From Nitrospira sp. (GTDB lineage Bacteria; Nitrospirota; Nitrospiria; Nitrospirales; Nitrospiraceae): a stretch of 64,000 bases of DNA. How positions within the stretch are numbered: position 1 is the stretch's first letter; each line of letters begins with the position of its first letter. Below the pieces are notes generated by a model. It saw only the letters and a list, made by a program, of their open reading frames with translations, was not told the origin of the DNA and made no database searches. The DNA lies in assembly GCA_024331045.1 (NCBI GenBank), contig JANDJC010000008.1, positions 7,170 to 71,169 of the forward strand, written 5' to 3'. Both the position numbers and the translations under genes were made by a program. Shown here in pieces: positions 51,171-61,218 of the stretch.

Positions 51171-51768
51171 ACTCACTCCTTGCTTCAAATGAACTACTCA
51201 CCAGCTCCACATCTCTCGCATCGATTTCCACCGCTGCCGCCTGTTGAATCAGCTTCACTCCCACCACTAAACGATGACGTTTGTCTTTGCGCAGCAAGAT
51301 GCCACGCACCCCCTGCAATGGACCGCGAACAACTTCGACCATCATGCCCTTTTGTAAATAGGGATGGGCGTCGTATGGCAGCACACTCGACATCAACCTT
51401 TTGAGGTTTTCGATTTCACAATCCGGAATCGGCTCCGGCCGGCCACCGCTTCCAACAATCTCAACCACACCACCGACTCTCTGAATCGCCGACTTGGCCG
51501 TTTGACCAAACCGCACAAAGCAGTAGCCAGAAAACAGCGGCACCTCGATCTCTTTTTTGCGATCTTTCCATTGACTCAACCGACGGACGGTCGGAAGGAG
51601 CGGCTCGATTCCTTGTTTATACAATTGGTCCCGTACCACTTTCTCATGGCGCGGTCTGGTGCGCAGAACGTACCAATAGAGAGGCTGGTTAGCCTGATCC
51701 ATTGCCCGACCCATTGGTGATTGGTTGGTTTTCGCTCCACGGTCATTGCCCCGGCTTAGGGTCGACAC
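51151..51768 (-). CDS. UpxY/RfaH-like NusG-paralog antiterminator
   Basis: WYVLRTRPRHEK, PLFSGYCFV, KOW motif VEVVRGPLQG. The true start may be ~51702. Confidence 0.92.
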   Translation of the reverse strand: MSTLSRGNDRGAKTNQSPMGRAMDQANQPLYWYVLRTRPRHEKVVRDQLYKQGIEPLLPTVRRLSQWKDRKKEIEVPLFSGYCFVRFGQTAKSAIQRVGGVVEIVGSGGRPEPIPDCEIENLKRLMSSVLPYDAHPYLQKGMMVEVVRGPLQGVRGILLRKDKRHRLVVGVKLIQQAAAVEIDARDVELVSSSFEARSEYGGPLT

Positions 51769-51853
51769 AGCTTCGCCCTCTCACTTACAGTTCCCTCCGT
51801 CGGCCACTGCAAGCGCTTCCCTGCTCCTCGTCCGGCGACACACTCGGCGTCCC

Positions 51854-52252
51854 TCAAGACGCAAGGCCGGCTATGTATCGATCAACGGCCGCTACGAACT
51901 CGTCCGCCTCTTGGACGGCGCGACGCGCGGTTTCTTCGTCCAAGTAGGACAAGGCGTCGTAGTCGCCGGTTTCGCGATCGTCTTTCAGGTTGCTCAACAG
52001 CTTTCCCCACCGTTTGTCCAGCTTGCCGGTTTTCACCAGCAACAGGCCGAACAGGGTCACAACACCCTTGTGGGGATCCGCGCATTGTCCTTCCGTCAAG
52101 AGAGCCGCCTGCGCCGCGTGGTAGGCGGCATAGTAGGCGCGGGAAATCGCGTCGTCCCACTCTCCCTTGGCGTACAGGTCGCGGGCCACCCGCGACTTCT
52201 CGCGCGCCTTGGCCAGATAGCCGCGGATGAGTTCCTGTTGCGCCCTATCCAA
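51854..52252 (-). CDS. HEPN domain protein (UPF0332-type), intact
   Basis: AISRAYYAAYHA, HKGV...FG, RETGDY. Confidence 0.9.
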   Translation of the reverse strand: MDRAQQELIRGYLAKAREKSRVARDLYAKGEWDDAISRAYYAAYHAAQAALLTEGQCADPHKGVVTLFGLLLVKTGKLDKRWGKLLSNLKDDRETGDYDALSYLDEETARRAVQEADEFVAAVDRYIAGLAS

Positions 52253-52574
52253 TGAGCACTCCTTCCCGATTCACGTGCTCCATGAAGGGACTCTTCAACG
52301 ATTGCAATCTGGAAAACTCCCGTTCCGGAAACACCTTCAACGACACCAACCGCCCGTGCTCCAACAGGATGTCCATCACCGCGTCATAGAGGACATCGAA
52401 CAACGCGTCATCTTTCCGAGAGACGACAAGGAGCACGTCATAATCCGAGTCGGATCGATGGGTTCCCCTGGCGCGTGAACCAAACAGGACGATCCGTTTG
52501 ATCAACGGACGGACTGAAGCGATTCGTTCCAAGAACGCACGGAGGATGGGATCCGACTCAATCGATGCAGTCAC
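52245..52574 (-). CDS. MNT nucleotidyltransferase antitoxin, intact
   Basis: LFGSRARG....DSDYD (GS-x10-DxD). Overlaps the HEPN start. Confidence 0.92.
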   Translation of the reverse strand: MTASIESDPILRAFLERIASVRPLIKRIVLFGSRARGTHRSDSDYDVLLVVSRKDDALFDVLYDAVMDILLEHGRLVSLKVFPEREFSRLQSLKSPFMEHVNREGVLIG

Positions 52575-52587
52575 AGGTCTCTCCGGT

Positions 52588-53238
52588 CTATCTTTGTCGT
52601 TCTCGTGCTTCTTCGACGCGTTTCACGTCGCAAGAGGCGGATGCGCCGTCGGCGGCGAGGCCAATGCTGACAATCTTCGTCTTCGGAATCCCTTGCCGCA
52701 CCAGCCGGGCCAGGATTTGCGAGCCATGCTCCAAATCGGCGATCAACAGGCCGTCATATTCCCACTTGCCCAGTGAGGCAACCGGCCAAACCGGATATGA
52801 CAAGAAAGTTCCTGTCACGTGATCATCTACGAACCCCACCAGGGTAAGCCCCATTTCCCGCGCCGTCAGGTACGCAAGTTCGGCTAGTTCGCCCGTCCCT
52901 ACAATGGCCAGCTTCCTTACCCCCGCCCGAACCGGCCGTTCCAACACCGCCTTGAGCCGTCCTCGCATGTCGCGGTAATACGACAGCGAATACTTCATGT
53001 ACTCTCTCGTCAATCGAGATTTCTCAGCAATCCCCTGTGGCGTGAGCAGATACCGAACGCGGTGCGGAGGAATCGTCGTGACTTTGATGTAGCCTTTTCG
53101 TACCAGCCGTTTGAGATAGAGATTAGTCAGTCCCAGCGCAACCCCCAACTTGGTTGCAAGCAAACGCTGGGTAACCGCCTCTCCTCGCTCCAATTCCGTC
53201 AATAGCAGAAGGTCTCGCTGGCCTTGCAGGTCCATCAT
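52588..53238 (-). CDS. EPS-associated MarR-type winged-helix regulator with C-terminal Rossmann-like domain
   Basis: TQRLLA..LGVALGLTNLYLKRLVRKG, YLLTPQGIAEK, IVGTGELAE. Confidence 0.88.
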   Translation of the reverse strand: MMDLQGQRDLLLLTELERGEAVTQRLLATKLGVALGLTNLYLKRLVRKGYIKVTTIPPHRVRYLLTPQGIAEKSRLTREYMKYSLSYYRDMRGRLKAVLERPVRAGVRKLAIVGTGELAELAYLTAREMGLTLVGFVDDHVTGTFLSYPVWPVASLGKWEYDGLLIADLEHGSQILARLVRQGIPKTKIVSIGLAADGASASCDVKRVEEARERQR

Positions 53239-53269
53239 GGACAAGTACAGCAACCCACACACTTCTCAC

Positions 53270-53305
53270 GTTCACGATATGAACATAAGTGCGACCAGCC
53301 GTCAA
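53270..53305 (-). promoter_or_regulatory. Putative promoter with palindromic operator GTTCA-N5-TGAAC
   Basis: TTGACG at 53305-53300. The inverted repeat at 53270-53284 overlaps the expected -10, about 32 nt upstream of the MarR ATG. Confidence 0.55.
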
Positions 53306-53401
53306 GGGAAAAAACTGCGATCAACTGGCGTCTTAGGGAAAACCATCCCCCCACGCAGGCAAGCTCTCATATTATGAAGGAACCCCCATTACAGAACCTT
53401 T

Positions 53402-54421
53402 TTAGAGATGGACCACCGACAGCGGTAACCGAGTCCGCCCCACCTGTTGAACAGCCTCCACAACCTGAGCGACAGTGACTCGATCCAGACAGTCCCAAAA
53501 AGGACACGTGGTGCCGAGACATTTTTCGCAGGTGGGGACGTCGGGACGGAGCAACAGACCGGCCCCCAATGGCCGCCATCTGGTCGGTAGATTGTTGCGA
53601 CGCGGATCAAAGAGACTGACCACCGCCGTCCCCAGCGCGGCCGCCATGTGCGCCGGTCCAGTCGCGCCCGACACCACCACATCGGCCGTGGCAATGACCA
53701 TCATCAGTTCTCGAACAGAGAGACGGCCCATGAGATTGGCGATGCCCATCGGAAGAGAGGTTTGCAACGCCACCTCTCCTTCAAACTGATTGCGCTCCCT
53801 CTCGCTGCCGGTGAGAACAACCCCCATTTCCCGTTTCGCCAACTCGACGGCCAGATCGCGAAAATGCTCAAGCCGCCACCGGCGCGCCGAATGGCCACCC
53901 GGATGAACAACCACGCGAGGTTTCGGCAACCCTTGCCAGCGTTGTTCACCACCTTGCCGTTCCTCCTCACTTACGACCAAAAACGGAAGGTTTCCCGTTT
54001 GCGGATACAAGCCCAATCCCTTGAGCATCTCCACGTTGTATTCTGACTCGTGCTTCAAAAATTCGCTGCGGTGCTCGTAAATCCGCCGATTGGCTAAGAA
54101 ACTGTACCAGCGAAACCCAGTCGCCACACGGGTCGGCACACGCGCCAGGAAGGCCGCCCACATAAGCCGCTGAAACGGCTTGAGGAATACTGCGGCATCC
54201 ACGTCGTTGGAAAATGCCGTGCATAAGGTGCGGAGCGAATCCGTCCAGCGGACCGTGCGGACATAATCCACCGCAGGATGGTAATCGAGAATGGGCGCGG
54301 CCAATGGGCTGGTCAGGAACCCGATTTTCACACCGGAAACGAGTCTCCTCAATTCCATGGCAACCGGAATCGACAGGATCAGATCACCGATGCCGTCCGG
54401 CCTCACAATCAGCACGTTCAT
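53402..54421 (-). CDS. GT9 glycosyltransferase
   Basis: RPDGIGDLIL, HPGG, TGPAHMAAALG. ATGA-coupled start. Confidence 0.9.
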   Translation of the reverse strand: MNVLIVRPDGIGDLILSIPVAMELRRLVSGVKIGFLTSPLAAPILDYHPAVDYVRTVRWTDSLRTLCTAFSNDVDAAVFLKPFQRLMWAAFLARVPTRVATGFRWYSFLANRRIYEHRSEFLKHESEYNVEMLKGLGLYPQTGNLPFLVVSEEERQGGEQRWQGLPKPRVVVHPGGHSARRWRLEHFRDLAVELAKREMGVVLTGSERERNQFEGEVALQTSLPMGIANLMGRLSVRELMMVIATADVVVSGATGPAHMAAALGTAVVSLFDPRRNNLPTRWRPLGAGLLLRPDVPTCEKCLGTTCPFWDCLDRVTVAQVVEAVQQVGRTRLPLSVVHL

Positions 54422-55491
54422 CGAGAAACCAGCGTGGCTGCCCAGACGCGCCGAACTGCTTCGGCCACTTCGGGGGGAGTGATGAGGCTCAAACACTCAC
54501 GTTCCGGATCGTGTCGGCAGACGCGGCTCAGGCAGGGGCGGCAGGGCACAGGTTTCGTCAACACATAATGAGCCGCTCCATAAGGGCCGGTGCGCGTTTC
54601 GCTCGTTGGCCCAAAGAGGGCGATGACACGAACACCCACCGCAGCGGCGATATGCATCGGACCGGAATCGTTGGTGATTAGAAGAGTCGCTTTCGAAAGA
54701 AAAGCCGGCAGACAACCTAGCGGAATCCTACCCGTCAAATCGATGAATGGACTACTGGTGATCGCCCGCAGTTGCTCTACCTCAGATCGATCGCCGGTAC
54801 CCCCGATCACCACCACTGGCCCCATCCCCTCTTGGTGCAAAAGATCCAACAACTCGGCAAACGACGAGAGCATCCACCGTTTGGTCGGCCAGCGAGCCGA
54901 AACAGTCATAGCAATCCACGGCCGATCAAGCGAGAAGTTTTCGCGCGCACAGAGATCTCCTATGATTTCCCGGTCGCGGTCGGAGAAAACAAACGAAAAC
55001 GGAGGTGTGGGAGGCAACGACAGCCCCAGCGACTGGGCCACGAGCAGGTACCGGTCGACCGCATGCATCTCCGCCGATGGAACACGGATTCGCCTTGTAT
55101 AAAACCACGGGCTGCCTTCTCGCCCGTTAGCAAAGCCGACTCGCGTCGGAGCACCACTGAGCCATGCAAGCGCACCGCTGCGGAACAGCCCCTGCAAATC
55201 AATCGCGAGATCGAACCCCTCCGCCCGCATGCGTCGTCCCTGCATCACCCAATCGCGAACTGTTTCGTTGACCTGCCATACCCGATCGATTCCCGCGATC
55301 CGCTCAACCAATTCCGCCCATTGACGCTTGACAACCCATGTCACACGACTCTGGGGCCACTCCCGCTTAATCACCGACACCACCGGCATCGCATGGACGA
55401 TATCGCCAAGAGAACTCGGTTTGATCAAAAGTATGCGATCAAAACGTGGCTTAGAAACAGAGAGCGGAACATCGGCGAGTTCGGCACGCAC
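54418..55491 (-). CDS. GT9 heptosyltransferase I-like (WaaC-like)
   Basis: IKPSSLGDIVH, DLQGLFRS, NDSGPMHIAAA, FGPT. Confidence 0.9.
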   Translation of the reverse strand: MRAELADVPLSVSKPRFDRILLIKPSSLGDIVHAMPVVSVIKREWPQSRVTWVVKRQWAELVERIAGIDRVWQVNETVRDWVMQGRRMRAEGFDLAIDLQGLFRSGALAWLSGAPTRVGFANGREGSPWFYTRRIRVPSAEMHAVDRYLLVAQSLGLSLPPTPPFSFVFSDRDREIIGDLCARENFSLDRPWIAMTVSARWPTKRWMLSSFAELLDLLHQEGMGPVVVIGGTGDRSEVEQLRAITSSPFIDLTGRIPLGCLPAFLSKATLLITNDSGPMHIAAAVGVRVIALFGPTSETRTGPYGAAHYVLTKPVPCRPCLSRVCRHDPERECLSLITPPEVAEAVRRVWAATLVSR

Positions 55492-55543
55492 AACCCACTC
55501 CTTCCGTCACATTGACGAGGGAGGTCGGCAGAATCGACCTGGT

Positions 55544-56629
55544 TCACATACACACACCGCCTGCCCCTGACCCGCTCGGTGCAGCCTTGGCTCCAAACCG
55601 ATCATCTCCCTTTCGAGCGTAGAGGGTATCCAGCAGTTCTTTCCCACTGGCTGACCCGGCGGTCTCACGCCGTTCTTCAATTGATCGACACAACCGTTGC
55701 CATACCCGTACATAGGGCGCCGCTGTAAGGTGATGCCGCCATGTCCGGTGTCCTTGTACAATGCGGGCAATCCACTCGTAATTACCCGGGATGACCAGCT
55801 CCGCCTGAGTTGCGAGTGGAGAACCGTCCCTTGCAAATACCATCGTGATATTGCCACCGTCGCGAGAAATGACGTGCCGGACCTCGCGCAATCCCTGTTT
55901 CTTGGCCAGCCGACGCAGCGTCAGGACATTGAAATTGTAGAGATGCGCCTCATGGAACGTGTTCTTGGGGGCCTGGCAGGTCGCCTCCACGTTGGGCACT
56001 TCGACGACCACCCTCCCATCAGGTTTGAGCCAGGATCCAAGCCGCGCCAAGACGGCACCAGGATCTTCCATATGTTCGAGCACATGCCAAATCGTCACCA
56101 CATCGAACGACGCGGACGGGAAGATCACGTCTTGCACAAAGCCGACTGTGACCGTCAACCCATACTCGCCGATTGAGTACTCGGCGTAGCCCCGGTTGGG
56201 TTCAATGCCGTGGACCCGATGACCCAGCAAGTGCAGCAGGTACGCAAACTCCCCTCCGCCACTACCTACATCCAACACGGCCTTCGGGCTCGCCAGCAGG
56301 TCCTTGATCTTTTCAAAGCGAGAGAGCGCCACTTTCCCAGCCCGCAGCACATGTTTGGGCTTTGGCCGATACGTGTGTTTATAAGAAAGACGATACTCTT
56401 CTTCGTAGAACTGCCTGGCGTCATGGGGTCGAGGATCGGACCAGACCAACCCACAAGCGCGACAAATGACGGTCCGCAGCGCCTTTCCACTGCGGCTACG
56501 ATTCGACAGCGAGACAACCTCCGTCCCGCCACATAAGTTACAGGGAATCGAACAGGGCTCCGCCTGCTCTTTGACCTGTTTGTTGAGTGACTCCTCAAGC
56601 GACTGAATCATACCAAGCCATTTTTCCAC
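55544..56629 (-). CDS. Class I SAM methyltransferase with CxxC zinc-ribbon
   Basis: CNLC..CRAC, LDVGSGGGEF, HVLEH, EVPN. Confidence 0.9.
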   Translation of the reverse strand: MEKWLGMIQSLEESLNKQVKEQAEPCSIPCNLCGGTEVVSLSNRSRSGKALRTVICRACGLVWSDPRPHDARQFYEEEYRLSYKHTYRPKPKHVLRAGKVALSRFEKIKDLLASPKAVLDVGSGGGEFAYLLHLLGHRVHGIEPNRGYAEYSIGEYGLTVTVGFVQDVIFPSASFDVVTIWHVLEHMEDPGAVLARLGSWLKPDGRVVVEVPNVEATCQAPKNTFHEAHLYNFNVLTLRRLAKKQGLREVRHVISRDGGNITMVFARDGSPLATQAELVIPGNYEWIARIVQGHRTWRHHLTAAPYVRVWQRLCRSIEERRETAGSASGKELLDTLYARKGDDRFGAKAAPSGSGAGGVCM

Positions 56630-56675
56630 GTGATCTCATCAAGGAATACCCTGGCCAGGTTCCAGCCAGGATTGC

Positions 56676-58496
56676 TCAGGCACCCTGGTGTCGCTGCAAC
56701 GCATCGGCAGTCTTCTCATGGCGTCTGTCATCGTTGTCTCCACACCCGCGGGGTTCGGACCGACTGTAGAGGGCGGGGGGATCAGGATCCTTGTCTTCCC
56801 ATGCCCTCGTCCCTGAAGCAAACCTGGCTTGCACATCCGCCAGAATCCACTCCACCGCCTCTCCAAGCGAAGACGCCACCCGATCGGGAACAAGGCCGGC
56901 GTCACGAAGGTCGTTCACTTGCATCGGACCAAGAACACCAGTAGTCACCAACACGGCCCGTGCCCCTACTCGTTTGGCCAATTCCAGATCCCGCCCCTGA
57001 TCTCCAATCAAGTACGAACGAGACATGTCGATCGCATGATCTCGGACGGCCCGATCAATCAGGCCAGTGTTGGGCTTCCGACATTCACAGCCGTCATCGG
57101 GATGGTGCGGGCACACATACATGCCATCGAGAATCACCCCCGCTTCACCGAGGAGGCGGGCAAGTTTTTCGTGAATCGCCTCCAAATCCCTCTCCGACAG
57201 AAATCCCCTGGCAACTCCTGATTGATTCGTCACCACAATCAATCGCGCACCAGCCCGTTTGAGTCGTGCCAACCCCTCCGCCACACCGGGAAACAGCTCG
57301 TACTGATCCGGCGAACGAATATAGCCCGGGTCAGGGTTCAAGGTTCCATCCCGGTCCAGAAACACCGTGACCCCTTCCAACAGAGAGGGGGCATTCCCAC
57401 CCTTACTGTCGGGATGCGCTGCCACCAGCGAGCGTGCACCATTCCACCTCGCAAGCTGTGCAATCGCCGTTTCACAAACTCGATCAACTGACACGTTGGT
57501 CATACAGCGATGATCGATGGGACATTCTCTCAACAGACAGGGAGCACACTCAACAGATTCGCGCACGATGCCGCTTTCTTGTCCATAGGGAGCCGTCGTC
57601 CTCCAATCCGTCGGCCCAAAGATCGCCACCACGGGCACGCCAAACGCCGCGGCAATATGCATGGGACCAGTATCATTGGTTAACAACAGCCGACATCGCT
57701 TGATCACGGCCATCACATCTCGAATCGTAGTCGTTCCGGACCAGACCACCGTTCGGGCGTTGATCTGTTCCGCGATCTGGCGGCCCAACACTTCTTCCCC
57801 TTTGGCGCCGATGATCACGACCGCTGTCTCCTTTTTTTGATCTTCGCCCAGCCATCGGGCCAGTCGTCGGGCGACTTCCGCGAAACGATCGGGAAGCCAT
57901 CGCTTGGCCGTTCCATAGGTAGAGCCAGGGTTCAGCCCGATGACACAATCCGACGGCCGGACGCCTGCCGACATCAGTCTCTCTCGTATCATCTGTTCCT
58001 CAGCCAGCGAGACCGTCAACGTCGGAGCCAGCGGTTCGCCATTCAACCCCAGCGGTTTGAGCAGGTTCCAATAATAGGCGACTTGATGAACGAGCAACCG
58101 GTCGTCCGGTACCGCCACCGGATCGGTAAGCAATAACGAACGCCCATCGGTGGCATATCCATACCGACGCGGGATGCCGGCCAGCCAAGCCAGGAACGCA
58201 GCCTCAAACGCATTTTGAAAGAGCACGGCCAGGTCAAACCGATGCCGACGCAACGTTTCGGCAAGCACCCATTTTCCGGTTACACCCGCGTGAAGGCGCT
58301 GATCGTCATAGAGCACGACATGGGTGACGCTTGCATGGCCTACGAACAGCTCTGCCACTGGAGGTTTTGCCAGCAAGGTCAGTTCCGCCTGGGGAAACAG
58401 AGACCGAAGCCCGCGCAGCGCCGGCTCACACATGACGGCGTCGCCAATCCAATTCGGCGCCCGCACCATCAGCCGTTTGATTTGGTCCGTTCGCAC
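56676..58496 (-). CDS. waaF: Heptosyltransferase II fused to heptose-1,7-bisphosphate phosphatase (WaaF-GmhB)
   Basis: PNWIGDAVM, NPGSTYGTAKRW, NDTGPMH, then FLDRDGTL, TNQSG, CPHHPDDGCECRKP. Confidence 0.93.
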   Translation of the reverse strand: MRTDQIKRLMVRAPNWIGDAVMCEPALRGLRSLFPQAELTLLAKPPVAELFVGHASVTHVVLYDDQRLHAGVTGKWVLAETLRRHRFDLAVLFQNAFEAAFLAWLAGIPRRYGYATDGRSLLLTDPVAVPDDRLLVHQVAYYWNLLKPLGLNGEPLAPTLTVSLAEEQMIRERLMSAGVRPSDCVIGLNPGSTYGTAKRWLPDRFAEVARRLARWLGEDQKKETAVVIIGAKGEEVLGRQIAEQINARTVVWSGTTTIRDVMAVIKRCRLLLTNDTGPMHIAAAFGVPVVAIFGPTDWRTTAPYGQESGIVRESVECAPCLLRECPIDHRCMTNVSVDRVCETAIAQLARWNGARSLVAAHPDSKGGNAPSLLEGVTVFLDRDGTLNPDPGYIRSPDQYELFPGVAEGLARLKRAGARLIVVTNQSGVARGFLSERDLEAIHEKLARLLGEAGVILDGMYVCPHHPDDGCECRKPNTGLIDRAVRDHAIDMSRSYLIGDQGRDLELAKRVGARAVLVTTGVLGPMQVNDLRDAGLVPDRVASSLGEAVEWILADVQARFASGTRAWEDKDPDPPALYSRSEPRGCGDNDDRRHEKTADALQRHQGA

Positions 58497-59590
58497 AGGT
58501 CCCTTGCCTCCCCACTCGCCTGTTTCGTTTGTTGCGGGGTCCCCAACACAAGCCGTTGCAATTGCTCAATTCCGCTGGTAACGTTCGCGCGAATCCGCAG
58601 AGCCCACCAGTACTCATTCGGCTCAAGGAGCGTCGACAGTTTCCCCGCATCTTTTTCCGTTGTGAGCACCAACTCGGCACCACCGGCCTTTGCCTCAACT
58701 TCAATCCGATGGACTTCGTCCATGCGATAGTGGTGGTGGTCGTCCAACACCGTCTCGCCGACAACGGTGCTTTCGATCGCCTCGGCAGACCGGCGAAACG
58801 ATTTACTGTTGCCGATGCCGCTGACCAACCACACTCGTTTCCCTTGGACCCCTTCCAGCGGCCGATTTTCTCCATTCACCACCGACACCAGCGATTCCGG
58901 TTTGAATGTCACCTGAACCAGGTCCTTCACGACAAGGCCTGCGTTCCGCAGTCGACTCCTCACCGCCTCAATGTCTTCTTGGGAATCCGCCCTTGTTAGG
59001 GCCACCACCGTCGCGCGAGCCAGGCTCTCCAATGGCTCGCGCAGGCGGCCAGCCGGCACCAGCGCATCGAGGCCCCCTGCGTCGGTCGCATCAAGCAACA
59101 CCACATCTACATCCCGATGCAGTCCTCGATGTTGAAATCCGTCGTCCAAGACCACGCAATCGACCTTGTATCGATCGAGGACCCAGCGGCCCACGTCGCT
59201 TCGCTTCGCCCCCACCGCCACAATCGCAGAAGGGCATCGCTTCGCAATGAGATACGGTTCATCTCCCGCTTCCAACGGCCCCGCCAGCAACCTGACGCCA
59301 TCGGAAACCAACAATCGATCGGCTCCCTGCAAACGTTTATAGCCTCGACTCAGCACCGCGACATTCATGCCTTGAGCCACCAACCACTCCACCAGCAAAA
59401 TGACAACGGGCGTCTTGCCGGTTCCTCCCAGGGTGAGGTTGCCAACGCTCACAACCCGACAGGGTAAGCGAGCCGGTTCCGCCCACCCTCGATCGTACCA
59501 CCACCCCCACACCCGTACGACCATCTCATAGAGGAAGGCGGCCCCCAACAGCCACTTTCGGATCGGCTGCCCGGGCTCTAAGAGCGCCAT
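58469..59590 (-). CDS. lpxK: Tetraacyldisaccharide 4'-kinase
   Basis: VGNLTLGGTGKTP, LSRGY, GDEP, LDDGFQH, PAGRLRE, TTEKD. Confidence 0.96.
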   Translation of the reverse strand: MALLEPGQPIRKWLLGAAFLYEMVVRVWGWWYDRGWAEPARLPCRVVSVGNLTLGGTGKTPVVILLVEWLVAQGMNVAVLSRGYKRLQGADRLLVSDGVRLLAGPLEAGDEPYLIAKRCPSAIVAVGAKRSDVGRWVLDRYKVDCVVLDDGFQHRGLHRDVDVVLLDATDAGGLDALVPAGRLREPLESLARATVVALTRADSQEDIEAVRSRLRNAGLVVKDLVQVTFKPESLVSVVNGENRPLEGVQGKRVWLVSGIGNSKSFRRSAEAIESTVVGETVLDDHHHYRMDEVHRIEVEAKAGGAELVLTTEKDAGKLSTLLEPNEYWWALRIRANVTSGIEQLQRLVLGTPQQTKQASGEARDLCERTKSNG

Positions 59591-59812
59591 ATCAGATTGC
59601 GATACCCATGAAATGGGAAACAGGAATCAAGACGCGAGGGGAAACGTACCCGCCCCCACCCTCAATCGCCTTGCTTCGGATTGGCCGCTCCTGTTTCTAC
59701 GGAAGATAGCGGGTTTGCTATTTACACCAGCGACCGGGCACGTGGCCACCGACATCCCTTCTTCCCCCATTTCTCAAACGGCCAGGGCCAAGGAGCGGAA
59801 CAGTGCTCTCTC

Positions 59813-61102
59813 TCAATGACGACTGACTGAAGCTAGGCACGATTCGATCAGATCCAGACTGCGCTTTAATGCTCCTTGATTTTCCAGCACGACACGCCGC
59901 GCAGCCTGCCCGGCCTGTTCGCGCACCTGTGCCTCGGCGAGCCATTCGTCGCATACACGGATCAACTCCTCCATGTTCCGTACGCGCTTGCCTCCTCCTG
60001 CCTTTTCCAGCATGGTCGCCACTTCTGCACAGTGATCGGTATAGGGCCCAAACAGAACCGGTTTGCCCCACGCCGCTGGCTCCAGCAAATTATGGCCTCC
60101 CACCGGCACCAATGTGCCACCCACAAAGGCTACCGCCGCCTCACGATAGGCATGAGCCAATTCTCCCCTGGTATCCAGGATGATCACGCGAGGTCCTTTT
60201 CCCATGGCATTGATACGGCTCTTCCGTTCCACGGCCAGCCCTCTTTCGCGGATCATGGATTCCACCTGTCCCACCCGCTCGATATGACGAGGCGCCAACA
60301 TCAGAACTGCCGACGGATGAGTGTCCAGCATTCGGCAATAGGCAGTCACCAGCATGTCTTCTTCCCCGCCGTGCGTACTCCCGGCCAAAATCAGCATCTC
60401 CGATCGGCCCAACCCAAAGTCGCGATCCCTTGTTTCCCACACCTGTTCAACCGGCAGAGGTTGATCAAACTTGATATTGCCCGTCGTGTGCACACGGGTT
60501 GGATCAGCGCCCAAGGCGATGATGCGCTGTCGATCCCGCTCCGATTGCATCAAGCACAAGGTGATTGACTGGACAACCGACCGATACAACGAGCGCACAC
60601 CCAGTAGGTTTTGCCGACCGAACGAACGCGAGGAAAGCCGTCCATTGACCAGAATCACGGGAACCTGCCGATCGCGCAACGTCCAGAGCACATTGGGCCA
60701 CAACTCGGTTTCAATAAATAGGTAGGCAGTAGGCCGCCACCGATTGACCATGCTCGCCACCGCCCAGGGAAAATCAAGTGGCGCGTACCGGTGCTCCGCT
60801 ACTCCCATCAATCGCTGCTCGACCGCCTCCCGCCCCGTTTCCGTCACCGTCGTGACGATATACCGGAATTCGGGGCGACGTTCTCGTAGCGCCTTGACAA
60901 GCGGTGTAGCCGCAACCGCTTCTCCCAGGGAAACGGCGTGCACCCAGATGACTGGCCGATCTTCGTGGAATTTGTCTCCTGCGTGGGCTTGCCACCCCAT
61001 CCGTTGAAGAAACCCCCGGCGGCAGCGTGGCTTCGCAAGCAACAGAACGACCACGATCGGCATCGAGGCCAGAAGACCAAGATTGTAAAGAAGACGCCAC
61101 AT
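59813..61102 (-). CDS. kdtA: Kdo transferase
   Basis: WVHAVSLGE, ETELWPN, NGRLS, GNIKFD, AGSTH, GGHNLLEPA. The homologous start is MWRLLYN at 61102, but the frame is open further upstream. Confidence 0.95.
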   Translation of the reverse strand: MWRLLYNLGLLASMPIVVVLLLAKPRCRRGFLQRMGWQAHAGDKFHEDRPVIWVHAVSLGEAVAATPLVKALRERRPEFRYIVTTVTETGREAVEQRLMGVAEHRYAPLDFPWAVASMVNRWRPTAYLFIETELWPNVLWTLRDRQVPVILVNGRLSSRSFGRQNLLGVRSLYRSVVQSITLCLMQSERDRQRIIALGADPTRVHTTGNIKFDQPLPVEQVWETRDRDFGLGRSEMLILAGSTHGGEEDMLVTAYCRMLDTHPSAVLMLAPRHIERVGQVESMIRERGLAVERKSRINAMGKGPRVIILDTRGELAHAYREAAVAFVGGTLVPVGGHNLLEPAAWGKPVLFGPYTDHCAEVATMLEKAGGGKRVRNMEELIRVCDEWLAEAQVREQAGQAARRVVLENQGALKRSLDLIESCLASVSRH

Positions 61103-61218
61103 GGCAGCCGCCGGCCACCGATTGGGCTGTACGCCCGACGTTGTCTCCGCCCCTGTACCGCGCCGTCGCCTGGAGGCTGAGGTTCTGCTCTGAACCACTT
61201 CGCGCTCTGCCTGCTCCG

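Noticed and set aside
59591-59812. Small gene (e.g. Trm112-like) between kdtA and lpxK
   Set aside because: Manual minus-strand translation shows no such motif.
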